From: an uncultured Terracidiphilus sp.
GTDB taxonomy: Bacteria; Acidobacteriota; Terriglobia; Terriglobales; Acidobacteriaceae
Direction of reading: 5' to 3'
Assembly (NCBI GenBank): GCA_964595345.1
Contig: CAZQPY010000008.1
Coordinates: forward strand, 20,496 to 84,495
Length of the DNA stretch: 64,000 nt
In this document: positions 16,556 through 26,404 of the stretch, piece by piece
Position numbering within the stretch: the stretch's first letter is position 1
Layout: each line of letters begins with the position of its first letter
The notes under the pieces: generated by a model
The model's database searches: none
What the model was told of the DNA's origin: nothing
The model's input: only the letters and a program-made list of their open reading frames with translations
Translations under genes and position numbers: made by a program

Positions 16556-17545
16556 TCAGCCTTCGGAGAGCATGCTCTTGGGGCCGGTGGGGCGGGTCTG
16601 CAGGGTACGCTCGACGGTGTAGGGGGCTCGGTGCTCGGCGGTAAAGTAGTGACGCACCTGCAGTTCACCGATCAGGCCGGTGGCCACCAACTGAATGCCT
16701 GCCAAAATCAGGATCCCGGCGATGACGAACAGAGGCCCGTGCTCATCCATCATGTTGAGGTGCGGATGCATGATTTTGAGCGCCAGCAGCAGCGTGGAGA
16801 TGATGCCGCCGGCAAGGATTCCCAGGGCGCCGAAGCTTCCGAAGAAGTGCAGGGGACGGCTCATGTACTTGAGCAGGAAGCGGATGGTGAGCAGATCGAA
16901 GAAGACGCGGAAAGTCCGGCTGATGCCGTAGTGGCTCTTGCCCCGCTCGCGATGCACGTTCTTGATGGGGATTTCGCATATCGACGCGCCGTACCAGCTG
17001 GCCAACGCCGGGATAAAGCGGTGCATCTCCCCGTAGAGCGGAATATTGTGAATCACTTCGCGGCGATAGGCCTTGAAGGTGGTGCCGAAGTCGTGGATAT
17101 CGACGTCGGACAGCTTGGCCATCAGCCAGTTCGCGCAGCGCGAAGGAATGCGGCGCATGACAAAGTTGTCGATGCGCTCCTTGCGCCAGCCGGAAACCAC
17201 GTCGTAGCCCTCTTCGAGCTTGGCAAGGAAGTTGGGAATCTCGGCGGGGTCGTGCTGCAGATCGCCGTCCATGGCGAGAATGAACTCGCCGGTAGCGTGA
17301 TCGAACCCGGCGGCCAGCGCGGAGGTCTGTCCAAAATTACGGCGCAGCTTGATGACCAGCACGCGGCTGTCGACGGCGGCAATCTCTTCCATCAGCTTGT
17401 AGGTGTGGTCGTTGGACCCATCGTCCACCAGCACCAGCTCAAAGCTATTGCCAACTTGCTCCATCACCTGCTTGAGGCGGGCATACAAAACTGTAACGTT
17501 CTCTTCTTCATTGTGGAACGGAACCACGATCGAATACTTCGGCAT
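16556..17545 (-). CDS. family 2 glycosyltransferase, polyprenyl-phosphate sugar transferase type
   Basis: ATG 17545 (MPKYSIVVPFHNEEENV). Motifs LVDDGSND and DGDLQHDP, plus two C-terminal TM helices as in GtrB/ArnC-like enzymes. Confidence 0.85.
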   Translation of the reverse strand: MPKYSIVVPFHNEEENVTVLYARLKQVMEQVGNSFELVLVDDGSNDHTYKLMEEIAAVDSRVLVIKLRRNFGQTSALAAGFDHATGEFILAMDGDLQHDPAEIPNFLAKLEEGYDVVSGWRKERIDNFVMRRIPSRCANWLMAKLSDVDIHDFGTTFKAYRREVIHNIPLYGEMHRFIPALASWYGASICEIPIKNVHRERGKSHYGISRTFRVFFDLLTIRFLLKYMSRPLHFFGSFGALGILAGGIISTLLLALKIMHPHLNMMDEHGPLFVIAGILILAGIQLVATGLIGELQVRHYFTAEHRAPYTVERTLQTRPTGPKSMLSEG

Positions 17546-17674
17546 AGTAGTAGTATAGACGGCCTTTGGATGGGCGTGGACTCCTGCGGGGGCGGAAGGC
17601 GCGGCAGGGTGGCCGTGCAAAAAAGGGAATCCTGCCGGGTTGCAACCAGGGCGAGGAGAGGCGTCCCGGCGGCG

Positions 17675-17986
17675 TCAGCGATCCAGTTCGTCGAGCATGG
17701 CCTGCATTTCGCTGAGGGCGTGCCGGTTGCCGCCGCGGGCAGCGCAATTGATGCCGGCCTTGAGACGTTCGATGGCTTGTACGTTACGGCCGGCCGAGGC
17801 CAGCGTCTGGGCGGACATGAAGTACGCGGCGGTGTAGTCCGGATCGATGCCGAGCAGCGCGTCGAACTCTGCCAGCGCCGCATCCGTCATTCCGGCCGAG
17901 GCCAGTTCCATGGCGATGCCGTAACGGGCGAAGCTATTCTTCGGGTCCAGCGCCAGAATCTCTTTTAAGCCTTCAAGTTTGGTCAT
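17675..17986 (-). CDS. small TPR-like protein
   Basis: 103-aa helical protein with TPR-like units (ALDPKNSFARYGIAMEL, LGIDPDYTAAYFMSAQTL). It lies 129 nt upstream of the GT2 gene on the same strand. Confidence 0.55.
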   Translation of the reverse strand: MTKLEGLKEILALDPKNSFARYGIAMELASAGMTDAALAEFDALLGIDPDYTAAYFMSAQTLASAGRNVQAIERLKAGINCAARGGNRHALSEMQAMLDELDR

Positions 17987-18268
17987 CCTGCTCTTTTATG
18001 GGCGCGTCACGCCAAGGAGAATTCGGGTGAGGAACCTGTACCGGACAGCTGAACCATTCGGCCGGGGCAATCCTTCAACCGTCTTCATTGTATCCGGGCG
18101 CGTGTGAAAGAGACGTGGCGGCGCGCACTGAAGTGATTGGCCCGGAAAACGAATCCCAATCCGGGAGCCGCAGACGGACGCGCGAGATGAGGGCGCGACC
18201 GGGAAGGTCTGCCAGAGCATCGGCGGGGCGTTTCGGCAGGAAGATTATAGTAATGAGAGGGGAAAATC

Positions 18269-18790
18269 ATGGAGATCAAGACCGTCGGCAGCACCCAGTC
18301 GGAGATGACAGAGATCATTCTGCCCAACGACACCAACACCCTGGGCAATCTGCTGGGCGGGCGGCTGATGCATTTCATCGATCTCACCGGGGCGATGGCC
18401 GCCTATCGGCATTCCCGCACCCACGTGGTGACCGCGGCGATGGATCACATCGATTTCATCCAGCCGGTGCATGTAGGTGATCTTCTAATCCTCAAATCGA
18501 GCGTGAACCGCGCGTTTTCCACCTCGCTCGAAGTTGGCGTGAAGGTTTGGGTGGAGCACCCGCAGAGCGGCGTTCTGCTGCATGTGGCGAGCGCCTACCT
18601 GGTGTTTGTGGCCATCGACGAGACTGGACGACGCCTGAAGGTTCCGCAGCTGCTGCCGGAGACGCCGGACGAAGTGCGGCGCTTTGCCGACGCTCAGCGT
18701 CGCCGTGAACACCGCGAAGCGGAAGCGAAACGGCGCAAAGAAGAACAACAGGCCACTGCGGCACTTGAGTCGCAGGAAGCGGCTCGGTAA
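18269..18790 (+). CDS. acyl-CoA thioesterase (hotdog fold, YciA-like)
   Basis: ILPNDTNTLGNLLGGRLMHFIDLTGAMAA and VTAAMDHIDFIQPVHVGDLL match the hotdog acyl-CoA hydrolase pattern. Confidence 0.8.
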   Translation: MEIKTVGSTQSEMTEIILPNDTNTLGNLLGGRLMHFIDLTGAMAAYRHSRTHVVTAAMDHIDFIQPVHVGDLLILKSSVNRAFSTSLEVGVKVWVEHPQSGVLLHVASAYLVFVAIDETGRRLKVPQLLPETPDEVRRFADAQRRREHREAEAKRRKEEQQATAALESQEAAR

Positions 18791-18844
18791 TCCAATCAAC
18801 GGGTAGTAAAAACAGGATTCCCCAAAAAAGGAGTACACCTCTCA

Positions 18845-19675
18845 ATGGCCCATTCTCACGCCATGCCAACGCCTACGGCTTTGCCGGGCATTTCGAAGAT
18901 TCTCGCCGTCGGTAGCGGAAAGGGCGGAGTTGGCAAGACCACCGTCGCAGTTAACCTGGCCATTGCGCTGAGCCGCCTGGGCCAGCGTGTGGGCCTGATC
19001 GACGCCGACATCTACGGCCCGAATGTCCCACTCATGATGGGCTCGTCGCAAAGCCCGACCGTCGGGCCGGGCAACATCATCCTGCCCAACGAGACGCACG
19101 GACTGAAGACGATTTCGATTGGCTACATTTCGCCCGGCGACAAGCCGATGGTGATGCGCGGACCGATGCTGCACCAGATCATCCGTCAATTCCTCCAGCA
19201 AGTAGATTGGGGCGAGTTGGACTACCTGATTGTCGATCTGCCTCCTGGAACGGGCGACGTGGTACTTTCGCTGGTGCAGACGGTCCCGCTGACCGGCGCG
19301 GTGGTGGTTTCGACCCCCAGCGACGTGGCCCTGCAGGACGCGCGCAAGGCTCTGGAGATGTTTGCGCAGGTCAACGTGGAGGTGCTGGGCATCGTGGAAA
19401 ACATGAGCCACTTTACCTGCCCGCACTGTCAACACGAGATCGACATCTTCAGCCGGGGCGGAGCGGAACGGACCGCCAAACAGTTCAATGTGCCCTTCCT
19501 GGGGTCGATTGAGCTGGTTCCGGCGATTCGCGAAGGCGGAGACCGCGGCATGCCCGTGGCCCTGGCCGGACCGAAGAGCCCGCAGGCTGCGGAGTTCTAT
19601 GCCGTGGCGGAAAAACTGATGGTGCAGGCGGAAGCGGCAGCCGCTGCATCCACCAACGTCCTCGAGATCACCTAG
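18845..19675 (+). CDS. mrp: Mrp/NBP35-family iron-sulfur cluster carrier ATPase
   Basis: Deviant Walker A GSGKGGVGKTT, DLPPGTGD, and the CPHC motif (FTCPHCQHEIDIF). Confidence 0.9.
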   Translation: MAHSHAMPTPTALPGISKILAVGSGKGGVGKTTVAVNLAIALSRLGQRVGLIDADIYGPNVPLMMGSSQSPTVGPGNIILPNETHGLKTISIGYISPGDKPMVMRGPMLHQIIRQFLQQVDWGELDYLIVDLPPGTGDVVLSLVQTVPLTGAVVVSTPSDVALQDARKALEMFAQVNVEVLGIVENMSHFTCPHCQHEIDIFSRGGAERTAKQFNVPFLGSIELVPAIREGGDRGMPVALAGPKSPQAAEFYAVAEKLMVQAEAAAAASTNVLEIT

Positions 19676-19750
19676 CCTGCGCGGCTGGCGATCCGGCTTC
19701 GCCTGGCCCGCGCCTAAGAAAAAGGTGCGGGAGTTAGGCTTAATGCGGCG

Positions 19751-20888
19751 TTAGACGTCTAGGTCGTCGACCTCGGCGGACTCCACGGCCGTGCCGCGGC
19801 GCTTGGCAAGTAGATAGCCGCGCAGGAATGGCTCCAGGTAACCGTCGAGCACCTTGTCGACGTCGCCGACTTCTACCTTGGTGCGGTGATCCTTGGCGAT
19901 GCGATAGGGCTGCAGGACGTAGGAACGGATCTGCGAGCCGAAGTTGATCTCCAGCTTGGAGTCTTCCAGAACCTTGGTCACCGCTTGCTTCTTTTTCAGC
20001 TCGTACTCGTAGAGGCGTGAGCGGAGCATCTTCATCGCCTTCTCGCGATTCTTGTGCTGGCTGCGCTCGTTCTGGCACTGTACGACGATGCCGGTGGGCA
20101 GGTGGGTCATGCGCACGGCGGAGTCGGTAGTGTTGACGTGCTGCCCACCCTTTCCGCCGGAGCGGTAGGTGTCGATGCGCAGATCGTCAAGCTTGATGTC
20201 AACCTGGATGGTGTCGTCGATTTCGGGCGAGACGTAGACGGACGCGAAGGACGTGTGGCGGCGCTTGGCGGAGTCAAACGGGGAAATCCTGACCAGGCGG
20301 TGCACGCCGCTCTCGCCGGCCAACTGGCCGAAGGCGTATTCCCCGAAGATGGTGAAGGTGGCGGACTTGATCCCGGCCTCTTCGCCGTCCTGATAGTCGT
20401 TCATCTCGGTTTTGAATCCCTGCTGCTCGGCCCAGCGCAGGTACATGCGCATGAGCATCTCCGCCCAGTCCTGGCTCTCGGTGCCGCCCGCGCCGGGATG
20501 GACGGTGACGATAGCGTTGAGGGGATCGGTCTCGCTGGAGAGCATGGTGCTGGCTTCCAGCGCCTCGTTGAAGGCGGTCAGAGCGTGAATGTCGCGCTCG
20601 ATGTCGGCCAGCACGTCTTCGCCTTCTCGGGCCAGTTCGAAGTAGGCCTCGATGTCGCTGGAGCGGCGGACCAGTTCCTCGTCGTCCGCTACCATCTTCT
20701 CCAGGCGCTTCTTGTCGCGCATGAGCGGCTTGCTGGCATTGGGATTGTTCCAGAGCGCCGGATCGGCGAGCTTGGTTTCGATGGCTGTCAATTCCCTGCG
20801 GATGCGAGCGGGGTCAAAGATACTCCCGCAGGTCGCGGACTTGATCGCGCACGGGAGCATAAGCGAATTCGAGATCGTTCAAGGACAT
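19751..20888 (-). CDS. prfB: peptide chain release factor 2, requires a programmed +1 frameshift
   Basis: Frame 0 runs from ATG 20888 (MSLNDLEFAYAPVRDQVRDLREYL) to an in-frame TGA at 20816-20814. The +1 frame continues DPARIRRELTAIETKL... to 19751. Contains SPF and GGQ (RSGGKGGQHVN) motifs. Confidence 0.9.
20813..20827 (-). other. RF2 programmed +1 frameshift site
   Basis: The sense strand reads GGGAG TAT CTT TGA C: an internal SD-like GGGAG, then the canonical CUU UGA C slippery/stop context. Confidence 0.85.
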
Positions 20889-21132
20889 GCTTGGCTCTTT
20901 TGACCTGACTTGTTTTGGACTGTGAAGCTTCGTTCTGCTGACTAGGATAGCATTGTGCCGGTTCCGCTGAGATCAGGGGCTTTCAATGTGAGGTGCGGTA
21001 TCGACGAAAGACACTAACGCGAATCCAGAGTTGCCGGACATTTTTCCAGAGACCGGACATTGACCGACCCAATGAATGGAAATCATGGGTTCGTCAATCT
21101 GAAATCCCCCTCCCATCTGAAGCGATGTCCAA

Positions 21133-21567
21133 TCACGGATGGGGCGTAGGAGGGTGGTAAATCAACCCAATGACCACGCCGACAATCAGCCATTCGAAGA
21201 AGTAGACAAACGATTGCTGCAGAGTCAGTCTGAATCCGATGTTCAGATTTACATAATTGTGCAGAGTGAACGCGCCAAGGGAGAAGACTCCGATGAGAGC
21301 CCCGAAGCGAGCCCCTTCCAACAACCCAGAGCCGCCTCCGTAAATGAGCGCATACAACACTGTCAGCGAAAGAATTGAAAAGAACATTCCAGCCATGCCG
21401 GCCGGCATGTGGCTCATCTGCCCAGCCTGATCGCGGTAGACCGCAGGGAACTTGAGAAACTCCGTCCGGAGCGCAGGAACTAGCCCAAATGCAAGAGCTC
21501 CAGCTCCCATATAAGCGACGAACGCAGCCAAAGCGGCGAGAATAAGGCGCAAAGGGCTCATCGGCAT
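21133..21567 (-). CDS. small integral membrane protein (four predicted TM helices)
   Basis: Hydrophobic 144-aa ORF with clean TM segments. Family is uncertain (DUF1761-like at best). Confidence 0.55.
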   Translation of the reverse strand: MPMSPLRLILAALAAFVAYMGAGALAFGLVPALRTEFLKFPAVYRDQAGQMSHMPAGMAGMFFSILSLTVLYALIYGGGSGLLEGARFGALIGVFSLGAFTLHNYVNLNIGFRLTLQQSFVYFFEWLIVGVVIGLIYHPPTPHP

Positions 21568-21786
21568 TCCTTCCTGAATTGAGGGAACTCGAAAACTGCG
21601 ATGTGCCAGCCTATTCGCAACCGGCGGATCCGGTCAAGAAATATCGAAGCCGATTCGGACCTTATTTCGAGTCGCAGAATGCGGGCTGCAATGGGGCGGA
21701 ATCCCGAGCCTGGACTCTGAGCGATAAGTTGCATTGGGATTAAGCCAAAATACCCGGGCCCACCCGATCACGCCGGTTCTTTTCTT

Positions 21787-23466
21787 TCAATGAGAGCGAG
21801 AGGCAACCCACCGGTGCAGAAGTGTCCTTCCCGACCAGGCGAGCAAGGCCCAACTCAGCAGGACACAGAGCCAGGCAAACAGGTCGCCATGGGAGGTGTA
21901 GAAAGTGATGTCGGAGCGGAGGCCGAACTGGGCGGGGAGGGCGTCGACGGAGTGGCGGGGAATGCTTTGGCGGACACGGCCGTAGGGATCGACGACCGCA
22001 GTGACGCCGTTGTTGGTGTCACGGAGGATCCAGCGGCGGTTTTCGATGGCGCGCATGCGGGCCATGTTGAGGTGTTGCCATGGGGCGCTGGTGTCGCCGT
22101 ACCAGCCGTCGTCGCTGATGTTGACCAGGACTTCCGCGCCGAGTTGGGCAAAGTGGCGCACTTCGTCGGCAAAGACCGACTCGTAACAGATGAAGATTCC
22201 GTAGCGATGTCCGTTAAGGCGAAAGACTTTGTGCTCAGTACCACGGGAGAACTCGGAAACCCGACCGGTGAGCTTGCGGGCGAAAAAGATGAGGTTCTTG
22301 TAAGGGATGTATTCGCCGAATGGGACGAGGTGGATCTTGTCGTAGCGGCCGACGCGCTGGCCGTCTGGTGCGAGAACGAGGGCCGAATTGAAGTCGTGCC
22401 AAGTGTCGTCTTCGCTGGAGAAGTCCATGCCGTAGTTGCCAACGATCATGGGGGATTGCTGGGCGCGGGCAATGGATTCGATGGCGTGGCGATAGCGCTG
22501 ATCGACTTCATAGAATTGCGCGGGCGATTCGGGCCAGACGATGAGGTCGGGATGGGTGGCGTAGGGCGGGCAAATGATTTCGCCGGAGGGCGCGCCGGTC
22601 TCGGGGATTCCGGCGATGTAGGTTTTGCACTGTTGGGCAGATAGGCGTGCGTAGGCGGCCATGTGGCGGTCCCACTCGCCGGGCCCGGTCCAAGTCTGGT
22701 CCTCGGCAACGTCGAGATTGGGCTGGACCAGGACGGCGGTCATGGAGGCCTGAGGTCGGGGGGGTGAGATGGTTACGCCGAGTGCGAGGCCGACCATCAG
22801 GGCTGTTCCGGCAAACCCACAAAGGTGGCGCTCGGAGAACCGGCGTGTTGAAGAGCGCTGCATCAGCATGCCACCCGCAAGGAGGCAGTTCACCGCGACG
22901 AGGACGAAGCTGATGCCGTAGACGCCGGTCCAAGGAGCCAGTTGAGAGAGCAGGGTGTTGTCGACCTGAGAGTAGCCAAGCTGATCCCATGGAACGCAGG
23001 TGATGCGCGCGCCGGCCAGTTCGAGGGCAACCCAGAAGATTGGCGCGGCGGCCAAAGCCAGGCGCAGAGAGCCGGAAACTCGGTGAACAAGCACAACGAA
23101 GAGGCCGAAGCAACCGAAATAGAGGCCAAGAACCAAGCTGTATCCCAGCAAAAGGAGCCAGGAAACAGCCGGCGGCAAGCCGCCGTGGATCAGCATGGTG
23201 TCGTAGATCCAGTAGCAGTTGCCCATATACCAGAGCACGCCGCAGAGGTAGGCCAGCAGAAACGAGCGCCGCAGGGGGCGTGGGCCAAAGAGGCAAACCG
23301 GGGAAAGCAGGGCGCAGAGCAGCGGTGCAAGGGCGAACCAGGCAAAGGCAGAGCGCCAGGGCGGCAGCGGGCCGGCGAGAGGAAACGGCAGTTCCAATAA
23401 GCCAGCGGAAAGCGCTGCAGCAGCCCACAACCTCCACGATTTCTTGAAGCTGCCGAATCCAGTCAC
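21787..23466 (-). CDS. lnt: apolipoprotein N-acyltransferase
   Basis: N-terminal polytopic membrane domain plus a C-terminal CN-hydrolase domain (WPESP, YDKIHLVPFGEYIP, ICYESVF). Confidence 0.9.
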   Translation of the reverse strand: MTGFGSFKKSWRLWAAAALSAGLLELPFPLAGPLPPWRSAFAWFALAPLLCALLSPVCLFGPRPLRRSFLLAYLCGVLWYMGNCYWIYDTMLIHGGLPPAVSWLLLLGYSLVLGLYFGCFGLFVVLVHRVSGSLRLALAAAPIFWVALELAGARITCVPWDQLGYSQVDNTLLSQLAPWTGVYGISFVLVAVNCLLAGGMLMQRSSTRRFSERHLCGFAGTALMVGLALGVTISPPRPQASMTAVLVQPNLDVAEDQTWTGPGEWDRHMAAYARLSAQQCKTYIAGIPETGAPSGEIICPPYATHPDLIVWPESPAQFYEVDQRYRHAIESIARAQQSPMIVGNYGMDFSSEDDTWHDFNSALVLAPDGQRVGRYDKIHLVPFGEYIPYKNLIFFARKLTGRVSEFSRGTEHKVFRLNGHRYGIFICYESVFADEVRHFAQLGAEVLVNISDDGWYGDTSAPWQHLNMARMRAIENRRWILRDTNNGVTAVVDPYGRVRQSIPRHSVDALPAQFGLRSDITFYTSHGDLFAWLCVLLSWALLAWSGRTLLHRWVASRSH

Positions 23467-23665
23467 GCTCTCTCCCGAATGCTGCCTACTGGGGCGAGTT
23501 TAAAGCATTGGGTGCGGGGAAGACACTACGGAGAGCCAGGAGGGCCGAATTCCAGCGAAAGAACGGATCCGGTCGGGGAGGAAGTGATTCCCAGGATGGC
23601 GCTGCAAGAAGCCCAAAATGAGAAAACCGATTTTGAACCCGGCCAGAACAGACTACAATTTTCTT

Positions 23666-23812
23666 ATGATTCTCGCGGTTTTTGCCATGAAGGTCCTGGA
23701 GACAATGTTTTTTGTCGGGCTTATCGGCTCGTCGGTGGTGGTTCTCATCAGTTTTGTCGAAGACGGGCGTGAGCTCTTTGGGAAAGACGAGCCGATTCCG
23801 CCGCGCTCCTAG
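23666..23812 (+). CDS. possible 48-aa single-TM protein
   Basis: MILAVFAMKVLETMFFVGLIGSSVVVLISFVEDGRELFGKDEPIPPRS: one clean TM helix and a charged tail. No SD checked and no homology known to me. Confidence 0.3.
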   Translation: MILAVFAMKVLETMFFVGLIGSSVVVLISFVEDGRELFGKDEPIPPRS

Positions 23813-23928
23813 AACAAATCCAGAATTGGCGTGCTTCGGTGAGTTCCGTGCGAGGTAAACGCTTCCGGTTCGGGTCACCATCCCCGGATTTCTCCTGAGG
23901 CGGGGGTTGCCTGTTCACACAATTTTCA

Positions 23929-23957
23929 TTGACTCATTGTTTATTCAGAAATAAACT
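23929..23957 (+). promoter_or_regulatory. sigma-70-like promoter candidate upstream of the APC permease
   Basis: TTGACT (23929-23934), a 17-nt spacer, then TAAACT (23952-23957), in an AT-rich patch about 90 nt upstream of ATG 24047. Confidence 0.35.
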
Positions 23958-24046
23958 CAGCGCAGGGCGGACGAAGTTTTCCTCATTCGCGCCGTGATTC
24001 CGACACAGGACTCGTAGATGCCGGCGGTCTCACCGGCCCAATCCAG

Positions 24047-26398
24047 ATGGCAACCACCCGAACGACCGCAGCCCCGCCTTCCGACCGCGTCCGCCTGATC
24101 GTTGCATCCTCTGTGATGCTGACCTTCATCTCCTTCTGGCGCGCGGCTGCCATTGTCCTGAACGATCTTGGATCCTCTGCTTTTTATGCGGGCGGCATTG
24201 CCGAGCACATGGTGGGACAGGCTGCGCCCTGGTTCATCCTGGGGATCATGCTGTTCAGCTTTGCGGTGCGGGCCGTGTACGTCGAGAGCTGTTCGATGTT
24301 CACCCGCGGCGGCGTCTACCGCGTGGTCAAAGAGGCGCTGGGCGGAACATTCGCCAAGCTGAGCGTTTCTGCATTGATGTTCGATTACATTCTGACAGGG
24401 CCGATTTCGGGCGTTTCGGCAGGCCAGTATATTACGGGCTTGATGAACGAACTGATGACGGTCGCCAACAACGCACACTGGCTGCCCCCAGCCCTGATTG
24501 ACGCGCAAAACAATCCCTTCCAGTTCAATATGGACCACACTTCAGCGGTTTTTGCCGCAGCGGTGACCATCTTCTATTGGTGGGAGAACATCAAGGGGAT
24601 CGAAGAGTCGAGCGGTAAGGCGATGCGGGTCATGCAGATCACCACGGTGATGGTGATTATTCTGTTGGCCTGGGGCTGCTATTCGGTGTTTGTAAAGGGC
24701 GCTACGCTTCCGCCTGCTCCGATTCCGTCCAACCTGCACTTCAGCCCGGATGCGCAAGGCTTCCTCATGGGGAAGGGACTGCCGCTGCTGGGGCTGTTCG
24801 GAATTCTAATGGCGTTCGGCCACTCGATTCTGGCCATGAGCGGCGAAGAGAGCCTGGCGCAGGTCAATCGCGAGATCGAGCACCCGAAGCTGAAAAACCT
24901 GAAGCGGGCGGCAATTGTCATCGCGATCTACAGTCTGATTTTCACGGGCGGGGCGACAATTCTGGCCTCGATGCTGATCCCGCTGAAGGATCATGTTCTG
25001 TACCAGGACAACCTGATAGCCGGCCTTGCCATGAACATGGTCGGGCCGATGTTCTGGAAGATCGCATTCCGCATTTTCGTGGTGCTGGTGGGCTTCCTGA
25101 TTCTCTCAGGCGCAATCAATACTTCGATGATCGGGTCCACCGGCGTGCTGATGCGGGTGGCCGAGGACGGCGTACTGACGGACTGGTTCCGCAAGCCGCA
25201 CAAGAAATTCGGCACCAGTTCCCGCATCGTGAACCTGGTCTTCATCCTGCAAATGACGACGATCATCGTCTCCCGGGGCAATGTGATCACCCTGGGCGAG
25301 GCTTATGCTTTCGGCGTGATCTGGTCGTTTACGTTCAACAGCCTGGCGATGCTGGTGCTGCGTTGGAAGTACAAGGGCGAGCGGGGCTGGAAGGTTCCAC
25401 CGAATATCAAGATTGGTGGCCGAGAAATTCCGGCCGGGTTGATTTCGGTTTTCATGGTGCTGTTGTCGACGGCGATTGTGAATCTGTTCACCAAGTCGGT
25501 GGCGACGGTCAGCGGCATCATCTTTGCAGCCGCGTTCTTTATCATCTTCACGGTTTCCGAGCGGCAGAACCTGCGCAAACACGCGGTGACCGCGCGCCAG
25601 ATGAAGGACCATTTTCAGCTGGAGCATCAGGACACCATCAGCCGGGAATCGGCTGCCCTGCGGCCCGGCGGCATCATGGTAACCATGCGCGACGCATCCA
25701 ATCCCCTGGCGCTGAAATGGGCCCTCTCGAGGACCAGCACGGAAGAGCAGGATGTAGTGGTCATCAGCGTGCGCATGATGGGCGTAGGCGGTCCGGAATA
25801 CCTGAGCGGCGAGGAGCAAAGCTTCAGCGAACACGAGCAGATGCTCTTCACCAAGGCGGTGGCAGTAGCAGAGAGTTTTGGCAAAAAAGTGTCGTTGCTG
25901 GTGGTGCCGGCCAACGACGTATTCGTAGCCCTGGTGCAGGGAGCCAATTCCCTGGAAGTGGATTCGATCGTGGCCAGCGTATCGAGCAAGATGACCGCCG
26001 AAGACCAGGCATTCCACATGGGCCAGGCCTGGGAGGCGCTGCCGCAACCCAAGCGCCAATTCAACTTCTATGTAATCGAATCGGACGGTTCGACGAAGGT
26101 CTTCTTCATCGGGCCGCACGCGCCGAATCTGAGCCCGGACGACGTGCAGCTTGTGCATCGCCTGTGGCTGAACATGCGGCGGGATCCTTCGGTTCCGGAT
26201 CTTCACCACAGCGATATCATCACCTATGCTCTGACCCGGCTGGCCGGACAGTATGCGCGCGAAAAGCAGGATATTCTTCGCGACCTACGCAGCTACCGGG
26301 CAAACCGAACGATGAAAATGAATCATCCGGACCTAACCGCCAACACGACCCTTCCGGGCACGCATCCGAAGGCGCACAAGCCGCCGAATTTCCTGTAA
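24047..26398 (+). CDS. APC-family amino acid/polyamine permease with a long cytoplasmic C-terminal domain
   Basis: About 480 aa of 12-TM APC-type sequence (FYAGGIAEHMVGQAAPWFILGIMLF...) followed by about 300 aa of soluble, USP-like sequence (VVVISVRMMGVGG..., LLVVPANDVFVALVQGANSLEVDSIV). Confidence 0.85.
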   Translation: MATTRTTAAPPSDRVRLIVASSVMLTFISFWRAAAIVLNDLGSSAFYAGGIAEHMVGQAAPWFILGIMLFSFAVRAVYVESCSMFTRGGVYRVVKEALGGTFAKLSVSALMFDYILTGPISGVSAGQYITGLMNELMTVANNAHWLPPALIDAQNNPFQFNMDHTSAVFAAAVTIFYWWENIKGIEESSGKAMRVMQITTVMVIILLAWGCYSVFVKGATLPPAPIPSNLHFSPDAQGFLMGKGLPLLGLFGILMAFGHSILAMSGEESLAQVNREIEHPKLKNLKRAAIVIAIYSLIFTGGATILASMLIPLKDHVLYQDNLIAGLAMNMVGPMFWKIAFRIFVVLVGFLILSGAINTSMIGSTGVLMRVAEDGVLTDWFRKPHKKFGTSSRIVNLVFILQMTTIIVSRGNVITLGEAYAFGVIWSFTFNSLAMLVLRWKYKGERGWKVPPNIKIGGREIPAGLISVFMVLLSTAIVNLFTKSVATVSGIIFAAAFFIIFTVSERQNLRKHAVTARQMKDHFQLEHQDTISRESAALRPGGIMVTMRDASNPLALKWALSRTSTEEQDVVVISVRMMGVGGPEYLSGEEQSFSEHEQMLFTKAVAVAESFGKKVSLLVVPANDVFVALVQGANSLEVDSIVASVSSKMTAEDQAFHMGQAWEALPQPKRQFNFYVIESDGSTKVFFIGPHAPNLSPDDVQLVHRLWLNMRRDPSVPDLHHSDIITYALTRLAGQYAREKQDILRDLRSYRANRTMKMNHPDLTANTTLPGTHPKAHKPPNFL

Positions 26399-26404
26399 GA
26401 CGGT

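Noticed and set aside
16406-17968. A 520-aa plus-strand ORF.
   Set aside because: It is antisense to the well-supported GT2 and TPR genes. It has Gly/Ala/Arg/His-rich shadow-ORF composition typical of high-GC DNA and no motifs.
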